Source of the DNA: Paraspadella gotoi
Lineage: Eukaryota > Animalia > Chaetognatha
Direction: 5' to 3'
Length of the DNA: 64,000 nt
Assembly (NCBI GenBank): GCA_051294375.1
Contig: CM119268.1
Coordinates: 22,030,010 to 22,094,009, forward strand
Made by a program: the position numbers and the translations under genes. Below the pieces are notes generated by a model. It saw nothing but the letters and a program-made list of their open reading frames with translations, had not been told where the DNA came from and ran no database searches. How positions within the stretch are numbered: the first letter of the stretch is position 1; each line of letters opens with the position of its first letter. Of the stretch, positions 37,501 through 50,983 are shown piece by piece.

Positions 37501-40500
37501 TTCGTGCCTCACCGCTTCCTTTTTCAACTTTTCCAATCTTCTCCTCCAATTCTTTCCAAGAGATATCATCAAAAGGGTTTGGCAAGGCAGAAGACTGTTC
37601 TGACTTCTCGAGAGTGGAGGCCTTTCTGGAGACTGGCCCACACGTATTGAACCTCTGTTGAATAATTTGAATGAGAAGTCTTGGCTCCGTGAACAGAATT
37701 TAGAGACTTTCTCGGCGTCCGTCACTCTGTCCAGCAACGAAATTTGAGGGCCCGACCGGATGCATCGTAAGGGACAGTGAACTGCTCCCAAAGAAAAAAC
37801 GCGACGAGCGAGTTTATAAAGTACATCAGGCCTTTCTCCAGAGTTTTATAAGACCAATAAACTGCCAGAACTGCTGGTGTGTCACCCACGGCGCATTGCA
37901 ATCCGTTCCCACGCGCGTCGAATGTTACGATACATCTGTTGTTTCTCTGGTGAACAGACGAAAGACGGGGCGAAGAGGCGATCATCTCCCATACCATAGA
38001 CAATTGGTTCAGTTAAATCTTCAGCCGCCCGTTCGGTGGGGCCGGCATCGTCTTTCGACGCATTAACATTCCAAAAATTGATCGGCGAAGGCCTTGTTGC
38101 AGGCAAGGATTCTTGAATCACCTCTCGTGGACCGGGATCGATCTCGGACTCCGTGAGAGTTTGTTGTCCGGCCAGATGAGCTCGTCCTGGTCAAACATTA
38201 GTCGCTAGTTCTTCTGTGATCACTCCAAAAAGTATGTCACCGGCTGGGAGTAATACGCTCATGGTAAACAAATCAAATGTGCCGCTCAGAGTTAATCTTT
38301 AGAAAAGTTCACTGTAATATTGTTTAGAAGTAATTGCCGCGCGTTTCGGCAAGAACTGTTTATTTAAATTATCAGTTTGCCCTTCGGGCCTTATTAATGA
38401 AAAATGACCTAAAACTATTTTTAAAATTAACATTTAAATTCATAAAAATGAGATGTAAACAATCAACAAGAAATATATTAAAGAGTTTTTCTTAATAAAA
38501 CATTAGTAGAGAGTTTAAATTATCATTCGTCGGCGATCTTTTGTTTAAGTCGACCATCTCGTCTAATAACGCTTTCTCAGATTCAATTTCTTAACTACAC
38601 GATTCCCAGAAGCCCAAAAACTGGAAGTCTTTCTTCGTGTGGATCGATCGTCGCCGAATGAAATTTTTTGATGCCTCGTGAGTCAATCTCTCCGACGGTC
38701 AATTGCCGTCGTCGTGGCGACTTGCTCCTAAGGAGTTACGGCAGAAAGCAACTTTCCCCTGGCTTCAATTTGTACCAGCCTATGCATTGCAAGTGTCAAG
38801 TGCTTGATGGCCGTTTTGATCCTTTCCCGCAGGATTGTCTCTAAACGTGTGACATCCTCGTAACAATCCCTCAAGCGCAACATATTAAAGGACTTGCAAT
38901 GGTGCCAGTCTCCTGCAGCATTTTTGCAGCTTCTGCAAACCAATCTTGGGCTATATCCTTCTAAAGAAACGCTAAGATTGAAAAGAATTACAATGAAGAA
39001 ATTCAACGTCAACTGGAGGCTGAAATGAAAATAGAGGTTATAAGAAAAGATGCTGACCAAAAAATTGACAAATTACAAAGACTCTGGAGTCAAAGCTTCA
39101 GTAAAGAAAAGACCCGGGCGGACGACACAGTTTTTGCTTGAAAAGGAGAGGAAACAAGTCCATCTTCTCAAAGATGAATTAGAAAAGAATAAAATTATTC
39201 AAAGATCTCGTTCACCATTGCATCGTTCATCAATTTTGAATCAACGAGAATCGCTTTTGGTTGGTCTCAGTTTTGGGGAACAACCGTGTCCTGCCTCGTG
39301 ACGGAATTTTCCAGATTCGCGACCTCTTCGTTCACTCCAGTTGGTTCCCTTTCATTGCCGCCGCCAGGTCCAGGAACATTGAAATTCATAGCCAAAGTTG
39401 GGACCGCCTCAGCCGGCCGCTTGAGGGAGTCTACTCCTTCTCACGGGGTTACACCTCCTCCCTCCACTTCTCCTCTTTTTCTCCCAAAGGCATCTGTCTA
39501 AATTTCGTAATCGTAAAGGCGAAAGTGAAATTATTACAAAACATTTACTTTTGAAAAGTAATATTAATCTTATAGCGTCGTTTTTTAAACACAAGACACT
39601 CAATATCTAAAGTTAGACCAACCTTAGTTAATAATTTTTTGAGAATCGCCAGTAAACATTGCTAATAAGATTTAGTTTGATTGTTATGATTTGAAGCAAT
39701 GATATTGTTGCGAAAATTTGAAATTTTTTTTTTCTTTTTTTTGTTTAGGCGCGAAACGGCTGATAGGTCGTAGAAACGAGAATTTTAAACAATTTTTTAT
39801 GGCATTGAATTACTCTTTTGATGGATTCGTTGGAGCCTTGTTCGATGCTCTCTCTTTCGCTCCGCTCTCTTCTCTCTTTCTCTCTCAAAAACTGAATTTT
39901 TTTGCGGAACGGGTTTTTTATTTAGTAAACGGCTAGACAGATGACTATAATACATAAATTAATTTTTCAAATCTTGATAAGAAACATAGTTTCTTAAATA
40001 TTTATTTTTGTGATACTTGCGTATGATTCACGAACCCATCGGATATGAGGTTAATATATTTGAATAGTGAAAGTTAAAACTTTTGGTACTATCTGAAACA
40101 AAACTGAAACCTTCATAATAAGGTTATATTGAGCGAAATTTATAAAAATTTCGGAATTGAAAGTTGTTATAACTTAGTTTCGTTTGACTGCAGTCCTTAT
40201 TGACCACAGAAGATAGGTGGTAAAATTATTACGTTGAACCGACACGTTTTCTGATCTCGGTGACGACTGGATAATAATTTCATCTGCGATTATTACATTT
40301 ATTATTAAAGATTGTGTCCCGGGTAACAACACGGTCAGTCATTTAAATTGTTTGACACCTGGTTAGTGTTTTAATAAAGATAAGAGAATTAAGAAAATTA
40401 AAATTAAATTATTGATTTCTTTCTATTATCTTTACGACAAGCGAAGTAAATTAGTAGTTTCTTGTTGGATGCTTTAATTTGGCGAGTTAAGTTGGTAGTT

Positions 40501-41739
40501 CTTAATTTTTTTTAAGACATACGCAGTTTGAGATAATGTAAATAATGATTGAAATTGCGATGCCTTTACAAATATTAGTAAAGCTTACGATATCAATTTA
40601 TACGTAATGTTGATATTAGTATTGATTAGCTAATAGAATAGATTTAATCCTGTTGTTTGGATTATTATTCACTAGTCAAAATTCGATAATGAATTATTTA
40701 TTACAATTTAAGAAAACATTAAGTTTGTTTAGAATGACAATTTATAAGAATAAGGATTGATTAAAAATTACTTCATGATGTTCGTAAGTGAGCTTGAGTG
40801 TCCCTCTGAAACGGGGGGAGAGCTTAGTTGAGTTTAGAAAGCTATATAATTCAAACCCATCCCAGATAGTTGAAGTTAAAAGATCATTCATCTTCAGTCT
40901 CATTCAAGCACATAATTGAGTATTTCAGCAGCCGAGCAAAGTCAAGCCGGCGTCTGGCGGACAGCGAGCAAGTTCAGGAATCAGTCAGCACACTCGGCCA
41001 GGAGGTTCTGGGCAGACGGAGAAGTTTGCTGGCCCACCCTTTTGGCTTACTTGACTGGGAGATTCTGCCGGGAGAGTTTCAGCGCACTAAGGGGAATAGG
41101 AGGTTCGATCGAGACCGGTGGTCTCAAGAGAAAAATTAAAATGGAAAGCAATTTAAGGGAGATTGGAGTGGAATTGGGGAAAACTGGCAGGCAGTTTCGG
41201 TTGGGTTCTGGCGATTGTTGCTGATCAAACTCTTTGAGGGCTTGTGAAGATGAAATGAATATCTGAAATGGTTGGCACTTGAATGTCGAGTGGCTCGCTT
41301 CCTTTCAACTGTGGTTACCACAAGGTAACCGGGAGTGTTTTTACGCGCGAGGCCCTCGGCTTCCAGGCGTAATATCTCAGGAGAGTTAATCTCGTTGCTA
41401 TTTTGTCAACAGTGGTGATAGAAAAAGTTCTTTAGTCACTCCTGAGATACTAGCGCCTGGAGAGGACCTTTGTGGACTTTTTAGAAGAATTTTAGCCATT
41501 TTGTAAAGAACAGAAGCCGGAGCAGAAACGTTAGTATTAAGTGAAATGAATATACGGTTTTAATGTTTGTTATCTTTACCTTTTTTGATCAACTCTAGAC
41601 ATTATCAAAACGCTTTGTGATCAATTGCGATACTTTAATATAAGGCTTTGCCTTTGGTTTAATGATCCTGTTCATAATCAATCTGCCAGGGCTACAAGAG
41701 CAAGCGCAGGGCTAATAGAATTGAAACATTTCCTTAACA

Positions 41740-44198
41740 AACTGGCCATAATAGACCGCTCCGATGACGCGGGCACCGCAGACCAGGCTCGACAGGCATT
41801 TTCGCCGCCTCCAGGCTGACCGCGAGATCAACGGGCGGACGTGAAATAATTCCCCTACCACGCGCCCGCTGGAGGCGGCGCGATGGACCACGCAGAGGTC
41901 GGCCCTGATAAAAGGCGCGCCCACCGATCGATGGAACTGGAATAGATAACGAGAGGACTGATTTTTAATACAAAAACCCCGCTTCCCCCCCAACAAGCGG
42001 AACTAAACGAGGTACTTCAGCGGCCAGGCGAGGAGCCGCGACAAAAGGAGCGGAAATAGAGGATACGTGAGCAAACCGGAGGAGGAGGCGAGTAGCGGCC
42101 GCCCCGGACGGCGCCACCGCGCTGTGAAAAGCGCTGGCTCGCCGTCATCCGGGATCCGCCCAAGTAGTTCCCCCATCAGCAAATGTAGCTGAGGGTGGAG
42201 GCAATCGGGGCGAATTGAACGGCCAATCACGCGCACTACGCGGAAATATCTCGTCCAGTACGTAGGACGCCGGGAATGGAAATAAACGTCGAAGATGAAA
42301 GATCTTTGCGCCATTTTCTGAAACGAGTTTTTCTTTTAAAAGCGAATAAAAAAGGAGGTCTTGCAGTGGAGCTGGCAACGACGTGGTTTGTGAAAGTTCC
42401 CTCCGGAGACTTTTCGAAACTTTTCTGAGAATAACGAGAGAAGGAAAGGAAGAGGAAAACCGATCGGCGAGGACCCGAGGAACTGCGCCCGGAGGGGAGA
42501 GGAACAAAAGTCAGCCGCCGAGTGAGAAATATTTACCGCCGAAAGAGGATGAAATATACCGCTGGATAATATGAAGAGGAGGGCGCAACGCATTGGACAA
42601 TCCCATATGCCTAGAAGTAACTTTTACTGGACGGATGATTGATAGTCGAAGGATAAAATACATACGTATAGGGCTGTCATAGAAAAGAGTGCCGAGCGCG
42701 GGGCACCTGGACCGAGAATATAAATTTGTATAACATGAGCGAGAAAGGATTACAGCCCACCGCCGTTGCTATGGGGGACGAGAACGAAAAACATTGTTAA
42801 CGTCTAAAACATGAAACGAATAAGTAGGTCACCGTTGCTAGGAGATAATCGAGCGCGCCCGACGGTGGACTGACGCGCGGATCAAGCACAAAAGGGCGGA
42901 AACATAAAAAAAATCGCCGTCGTTGCCTTACGAGACCAAAAAACGGTTGTAACGTCTAAAACATGAAACGAATAAGCACGTACCGTTTTGCTAGGGATAA
43001 CAAGCGGGTCCAGGATTGACAGACGCACGAATAAAAAAAAGAGCGGGAAACATGATTAAAAATCGTCGCCGTTGCTAAGAGAAACTAATAAAATGTCATT
43101 TGAAGCTAATGAAGCCTTCCTTTCGATCGAATTTTTTACGATTTTGCATTGTTCACATTATGCATTGTTTTCACGATTTCCATTGATGTTGCCCATGCCG
43201 TTTGCCATACATCGGTCTTCTATCTCCCCCCCCTTGCAGATTCGAAGAAAACCCACCAAAACATAGAAGGGAAGCCAATAGGACCTCCCACCACACATCA
43301 GCCTCACCCCGAGTAAAGAAAATGGATTCGTAATGAGCCTGCCTTGGCCCACTCGCCTTCTCGCCATGCTGGAGCCAACGCCCGTTGCTCCAGAGACTTG
43401 ATCGCTAAAGATTGCAACGACCCAAGGACGAGTTTCTCAGCTAGCAACGGTACACCACTCATCGGCTCCAAGCACCTCCGAACCAGACCCCATATCAGCT
43501 GTGGGACTTGGAGAGTCTCCACACCCACTCATGGTAATAGGTCTACGCCATATGGCATAAATACAAGGAACTTCAGCTCCACGAACGAGATAGCAGCTCG
43601 TCGTAGAAGACGAGGTGGTGATCATCAAAGTCCACGTGACCCCAGTATACCCCGTCAGGGCGGAAGACGACGACGACTGCTACGAGCAACGGATCGTCAG
43701 CTGGCCTCAGGCGAAGAAAAGTTCCGCGACATCAACACGAACGGGTATCCTCACACCCTACGGCAGACGGTGGGCTGCGACGCCAACTGGAAATCTGGCG
43801 ACAAAGAACGTTGACCGAGAAGGCGGCGACAAACCTGGAGAAAACGCCCTACTGCGCAGATGACCGCAAGGCGCTCGCCGAAGGCCTTTTCAAAGGAGAA
43901 CTTCACGCAATGTACGAGACTATTCACCCGGAGACAGTCCCTCTCAACGAACTACGAGATGAGGAGACCGAGAGTGAACAACGTCTTTCGCGGGAAGGCC
44001 CCACAAAAATAGGTTGATCTGGCCACAGCTAACCATCGTTACCTGCTTCCTACGTCGTCCTGGCCATCACCGATCGTTTCCCTAGCGTCTTCGAGAGGAA
44101 TCCCCCGATCAAATGTTTGGCACTGGTATTCTCCCTCTGCAACCATTTTTGTGGCTAACGAAGTCTTCAAGGAATCAAAGCTGGGCGCGAACAGACCT
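41740..44198 (+). other. GC-rich foreign segment with two noisy coding-like stretches (~41760-42700, ~43240-44198) separated by a 153-bp duplicated motif block
   Basis: Sharp compositional shift with few microsatellites. Long frames are broken by indels (…MEINVEDERSLRHFLKRVF…VELATTWFVKVPSGDFSKLFLRITRE…; …EDEVVIIKVHVTPVYPVRAEDDDDCYEQRIVSW…KALAEGLFKGELHAMYETIHPE…). The segment ends at a gap. Confidence 0.45.
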
Positions 44199-45335
44199 NN
44201 NNNNNNNNNNNNNNNNNNNNNNNAATTCATATTCTGAGAGCTTTTCTTTTAAAGAAATTGTCTGATCAAAACAATTTTTCTTAATATATAAAAATATATT
44301 TTCAGATTGAGTGTTAATTGAAAAAGAAAATGAGTTGTCAAATGTATGAAGATCAATTTGGGGCACATTTTTAGTCGGATCATGCAATATTTTTAGATAG
44401 ACCCAAGTAAAAGAGTAATTGAATACTAGCCCGATTTAAAAACTTGTATAACTTCTCTAGCCGATTGTTTTCCTTTTTTTTCGAAGCTTTAGATTTTATC
44501 TCGTAGATTAACTTTAAGATTTAACTCGTTTCAGTATTTTGGGAAAGGAATTTAGAAAATGAATCTTCGAGAGAATAAATCATGAGGAAGAAGAAATAAA
44601 AGAAAAAAAAATAGAAAAAGAAAAGAAAGAAAAGAAAGAAAAGTAATGTTATAAAATAGAAGGAAATTGCTATTTCGACTTTAAAACTTGATTCATTTTT
44701 CAATCGATCGTATGAAATTAAAAAATTTATAGAAATTGATTATTAAATAGATAAATAATAAATATACGGGGCGATTATGGACTAAAATAACCTCTAATTC
44801 TTGTTTTTTTTCTCTGATAATTATATGTACTATTCCCTGTATTGTTGTTACGTTAGTGTTCAGCGAGCGCGGCTCCAGGCAGTAGTTAAGTATCTCAGAG
44901 AGTTATCTCGTTGCTTATTTTGTGTCAACAGTGTTGATAGAATAATGTTTTTAGTCACTCTCTGGGCCAGGGCTACAAGAAGCTGAAGGCGCCATAGGGC
45001 TAAATAGAAATTGGAAAAACTATGTTCCCTCAAACTTTGAATAATCCTTTGTGCTCAATAACCGCTAAAATGGGGTCCACGGTAATTTTTAATTAATTAC
45101 GTTTTCTTCAAATGGAGTGTTGACGATCTTATCTATTGAAGAGTTGTAGATGCTCTTAGGGATAATGAAATAATATGAAATATATCTTGTCCGGTCTGCG
45201 CTGGCCGTCGGTAGCTCGTGGACGGTGGGTTTGGAGGATTAACTTTCACGACCTCAGAAACGACCCTATTTGGGCTTGAGTTATGAAAGTTTTCGAATGA
45301 AGATAAGAATGTTAGGTGAACGTGGTATCGAGTCT

Positions 45336-45401
<66 letters not shown>

Positions 45402-48400
45402 AAGAAAATAAAAAAAAAAAGAAAAAAAAAGACAAAAAAAAAAAAAAAAAAAAATAAAAAAAAAATAAAAAAAAGAAAAATAAAAAAAAAGAAAAAAAAA
45501 AAGAAATTCAACTAAATAAAGAGTTTTTATTTTAATTTATAAATAAGGTATAGCGGTGCGTGAATAGAACCTGCAAGTAGCGTAAGTCCTCATGGTATCA
45601 TATTGTATTGAGACTGGTTAAGTTCTTGGTTGCAAAGAGGGTGCTCGCGTGATAGTACATTCGGTTAGTATTGTCAATACTGTGTTACACTAAATTTATT
45701 AAAAGGCACCTGAAGTTTGAAATCTGAGAGAAGTTTTTTTTTTATTCTTCGAGTAACGACCGAGCAAGTCTGTGCCGTATATTATTAATAAATATCCGCG
45801 CGTTACCTCTCGACATTCCGTCTACGATCTGTCCATTCAATATATGGACAATAATTTTGAACAGTCAAAGGGGACGAGATGAAGGGAATGAAACGGAAAC
45901 TGATCTATTGTCAAAGAAGTCCTGTTGTTCTTGCTTCGCAGTTAGACACCCAATCCTAGTTGCACCATGGCGCTCGACCTAAAGGCCATCAGACGAGTTG
46001 AGACTCGTCAGGAGTAAGCCATCTAAATCAGTTGAAATTATGTGTTTTATCTTGTTCATGGTTTACAATTTTTAACTAGTTTAATGAAGGTTATTCAGTT
46101 AAAGTGATTACTTTAGGTCGTTCGGTTATCGTGTCTAATCAAGTCGGGAAATTTATCCTCTGTTAATAAATCGTCTCGAACAAACGACGACGACTGACGG
46201 ACAACGTTGATTGATCGGATGAATGATGATTGATGATAACCACGCTAACGTGGTTCTGGTAAAATCATTGCCGGTTAGAATCACTAAGAACACGAAAGAC
46301 CTAACAAGCGATTGGGTCTGCTCCCTCACTTGATGTGAGTCCGGTTGCCGCGACTGTTCCTATCCATGCCAAGTTAGAGAACAGATTCATTTACAGATTC
46401 CATCGCTTATGGCGACCAAGGCCAAAAACCTGGGGGCATTGATCTCAGAGGATAACCGCGCGGTAAACGAGTACGTCCGCAGCTGCCCAAAGAAAACGGT
46501 GATCAATATAAAAATGCCCAAGCTCTGCTGACGCAAGGTAGCCCAGACCCTTAAATTCAGGAAAAATAAAACATTTGACTTCCATGTGTTTCGTTTTATT
46601 TCAAGTAATTCAGATTTGTGCCATTCTCGCACATTGGATAAACATCAGATTATTCATTGCTAGTGCTTGTTTAGCGACGGTTGCCGTCTCACACGTTTTT
46701 TCTTTTCTCTGTTTTATTTGTTTAAATTTGAATATAAACTAATGAAGGTCGTTGCGCGTTAATTTTCGATTACACAGTGGAAAAAGTTGAGCTCGGCTTA
46801 CGGACATTGCGGTCAAGCCGGACCGCCAAATGAAGATCGCGAGAATGGAAGATGAGAAGATATTAGCGAAAGATTGATTTTGCAGAAACTGTACAATGCT
46901 GGAGGAAGCTGGCACCATTGCAGCAAAAGTCGTTGATATTAGTATTTGATTACTAGACTCAGAATAGTTTAAATCTGTTGTTTGGATTATTATTCACTAG
47001 TTCAAATTGATAATGAATTGACTTATTTACAATAAGAAAATATTAAGTTTGTTTAGAATGAAATTTATAAAGAATAAGGATGTTCAAAAAATTACTTCCA
47101 TGATGTTCGTGAGCTGAGGGTGTCCCTCGTAAACGGGGGGAGAGCTTAGTTGAGTTAGAAGGCTATAGTAATTCATAACCCATCCAGATAGTTGAGTTGA
47201 AAAGATCATTCATCTTCAGTCTCTCAGCACATTAAATGAGTCATTTCAGCAGCCGAGCAAAGTCAAGCCCGGCAGTCTGGCGGACAGCGAGCAAGTTCAG
47301 GATCGTCACACACTCGCCAGGAGCGTTCTGGGCAGACCCGGAGAGCTTTGCTGGCCACCCTTTTGGGCTTACTCGACTGGGAGATTTGCCGGAGAGTTCA
47401 GCGCAATTAAGGGATTATTAAGGAGGTTCGATCGGACCGGTGGTCTCAAGAAAAAATTAAAATGGAAAGCGAATGTTAAGGAGATCGTGAAGTGAGAATT
47501 AGGGGGAAAACTGCAGAGCAGGGTTTTCGTTGGGTTTGGGAGTTGTTTGCTGATCAAACTCTTTCGAGGGCTTGTGAAGATGAATGAATATCTGAAATGG
47601 TTGGGCCACTTAGACTATCGAAGTGCTCCGCTTCTTTCAACTGTGGTTACCACAGGTAACCGGGGGAGTGTTTTACGGCGAGCCCTCGTCTTCCAGAAGC
47701 AGTAATAATCATCTCAAGGAGAGTAATTCATCGTTGCTATTTGTGACAGTGGTGGATAGAAAAAGTTTTTTAGTCACTCCACTGAAGATACTGAGCCGTC
47801 CTTGGAGAGATCCTTGTGGATTTTTAGAAGAACGACTACTTTGTAAAGAACAGAAGCCGGGAGCAGAAACGTTAAGTATTAAGTGAATATATAATAACGG
47901 GATTTTAATGTTTGTTATCTTTGACTTTTTTGATAAGTCTAGACATTATCAAACGCTTTGTGATCATATTGGATATTAATATAAGGCGTTTTGCCTTTGG
48001 TTTAATGATCCTGTTCGTGATAATCAATTGCTGCCTAGGGCTACAAGAGCTGAGCGCAGGGCAATAGAAATTGAAGACATTTCCTTTAACATGTATGTGA
48101 AATTGGATACAGACTTGCATATCAGAACATGTCCTCGACGCCATGCTTCAACACATCGTCATCGCTATCATCTTTCCTGCCTTTATCTCTCATGGGGATA
48201 ACGGCCGGTCGAGAGTCCCGCTTCGCACGTAGAAGATGTGATTCTCTGATTCGTTCGTTGCCTTGTTTGTATATGACCGCAAACTTTTCTGTGCTTCCTC
48301 CGCCTTGCGTCCGATCTTCTTGCTCCTTTCCTCTCGCTTCGCCTGCATTTCCTCCTGTACTCGTCGTCTCTTCTTGTGCCCTCTCTCTCCTTCTTTCTCC

Positions 48401-50983
48401 CGAACATTCCTCCCCTCCTCTCGACCTTCGTACTCCTCCCTCAGTCTCAATCTTCCTGCTCACGGAGATACCTGTCGTCCTCTCCGCTCTCAGGCAGATT
48501 ACGCTTAATCAGATCTCAGGAGAGTTAATCTCGTTGCATCGAGTATTTGTCAGTGGTGATGAAAAGTTCTTTAGTCAACTGCCTGGGACCAGGGCTACAA
48601 GAGTGAACGCAGGGTAATAGAATTGAAAACATTTCCCTCAACATTTGATAATCTGTTGTGCTCAATAATACGCTAAATTCCCGGTTAAAGTATGTTTTTA
48701 ATTTAAATGACGTTTTCTTCATGGAGGGTTGACGACTCTTATCTATGAGAGTTGTGAGTCTCTTAGGGATATGAGAAATAATAGAATATATGTACTTGTG
48801 CCGGACCGGGCTGACTGGCCGTTGTCGGCTGCCGCCGAGGATAGCTCATTCCGACGTGGGTTTTGGCAGGTATTCACTTTCATTCGACCTCAAACAAACC
48901 TGAATTTGCGGCTTGAGTCTAATGAGAAGAGGTTTTTCCGAACTGAAGAAGAGAATGTTAGTGGAAGCGTTGGTGAATCGAGGTCTTTGGTATTGAGTCA
49001 AACTAAATAAGAACTTTTATTTAATTTATTATAAGTATAGTAAGAGCCCAAGAAGGGTCCGTCTATTGAAACCATGTTAATGCTTTGTTGAAGGTGCCCT
49101 GTGATTACATTAGTACATTGCTCATACTGTTTTAACTAAATTGTATTAAAAGGCACCCTGAGGTTTTTGAATCTAAGAAAAAGGTTTTTGTAGTATTTCC
49201 TTTAGTAAGACTGGAGCTAAATCTGTGCCATAAGATTTTTAATAAATACTCGCCGTTACCCCTTCCGTCACGATCGGGGTGGGCGGGCGGGGGTGGGGGG
49301 GGGGGCGGGGGGCGGGGGGGCGTCCGTTCAAATATGGACAATAATTTGAAACGTCAAGGGGAACGAGATAAGGGAATGAAACGGAAACTGGATCTTATTG
49401 TGCCAAAGAACGTCTGGTTTGTTTTGTCTTCGGCAAGTTAGACACGCCAATCCTGTGCGACCCATCGGCTGCGAGCCTAACGGTGCATCCAGACGAGTGA
49501 GACTCGTCGGAGGTAAGCATTAAATCAGTTGAATTATTGTGGTTATCTTGTTCATTTACAATTTAACTAGGTTATTCCATTAAGTTTTACTTAGGTGTAG
49601 TCGTTTGCTTAATCGTCGGCGAAATTATCCTCCGTTAATCACGTTCGATGATGATTGAAATGATGATACCCCTAAACGTGGTTGTTGTAAAATCCGTTAT
49701 GCACTAAAACAGAACCCACAAGCTATTGGGTCTGCTCCCTCCCACTTGTATGTGGAGTCCGTTGCCAGCAACCTCCTACACATGCCCAAGTTTAGAGGAA
49801 CCCTTCATTTCGATTCCATCGCTTACTCGGGACTAAAGGCCAAAACCTGGGCATCGACTCTCAGAGGATAACCGTCGCGTAACGTCCACCTACGCTGCAA
49901 AGAAGGCGCGTGATTCAATATAAAAAATGCTTCAAGCTCTGCTGGCCAAGTTAAGCCAAGACCCTTATTCAGGACAATAAACTTTGACTTCAATGTGTTT
50001 CGTTTAATTTATAATTAGATCTTGTACCATTGTCTACATTGATACATCCGGATTATTCATGCTAGTGGTTTCGTTTTACGATGGTTGCGTCCTCACAACG
50101 TTTTTTTCTTTTCTCTGTTTTTTTGTTAAATTTGTATATAAAACTAATGTACGGTGCGTTGCCCTCATTACGTCGTAGCACAGGTGGCAGAAGTTGAGCT
50201 CGAGCTACGGACATTATTGCGCTACAAAAGCGGGAACCCAAATGAACAATCGGAGAATGGACAATCAGAGATATTAGCCAAGATTGGTTTTGCAGAAGCT
50301 GTAAAAATGCTGCAGGAGCTGGCACCATTGCAAGTCCTTTAATGATGTTGCCTTGAGGATAGTTGACGAGGATGTCCACCGTTTAGAGACAATCCTGCGG
50401 GAAAGGATCAAAACGGGCCATCAAGCAGCCTTGACAATGCATTAGGCTGGTACAAATGAAGCCAGGGGAAAGTTGCTTTCTGCCGTAACTCCTTAGGAGG
50501 CAAGTCGCCACGACGACGGCAATTGCGCGGTCGAGAGATTGACTCACGAGGCATCAAAAATAATCATTCGGCGACGATCGATCCACACGACGAAAAGACA
50601 ATTCCAGTTTGGGCTTTGGGAATCGTGTAGTTAAGAAATTGAATCTGGAGAAAGCGTTATTAGACGAGATGGTCGACTTAAAAAGATCGCGACGAATGAT
50701 TAATTTAAACCTCTCTACTAATGTTTTATTGAAGAAAAACTCTTTAATATATTTCTTGTTGATTGTTTACATCTCATTTTTATGAATTTAAATGCTAATT
50801 TTAAAAATAGTTTTAGGTCATTTTTCATTAATAAGGCCGAAGGGGCAAACTGATAATTTAAATAAACAGTTCTTGCCGAACCGCGCGGCAATTACTTCTA
50901 ACAATATTACAGTGAACTTTTCTAAAAGATTTAACTCTGAGCGGCACATTTGATTTGTGTTACCATGAGCGTATTACTCCCAG

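Noticed and set aside
45340-45505. Poly-A / poly-Lys tract (retroposon tail?)
   Set aside because: It interrupts a sequence that is contiguous in all other copies, within a very noisy read-like stretch. It is a probable long-read artefact, as is the G-run at ~49278-49320.
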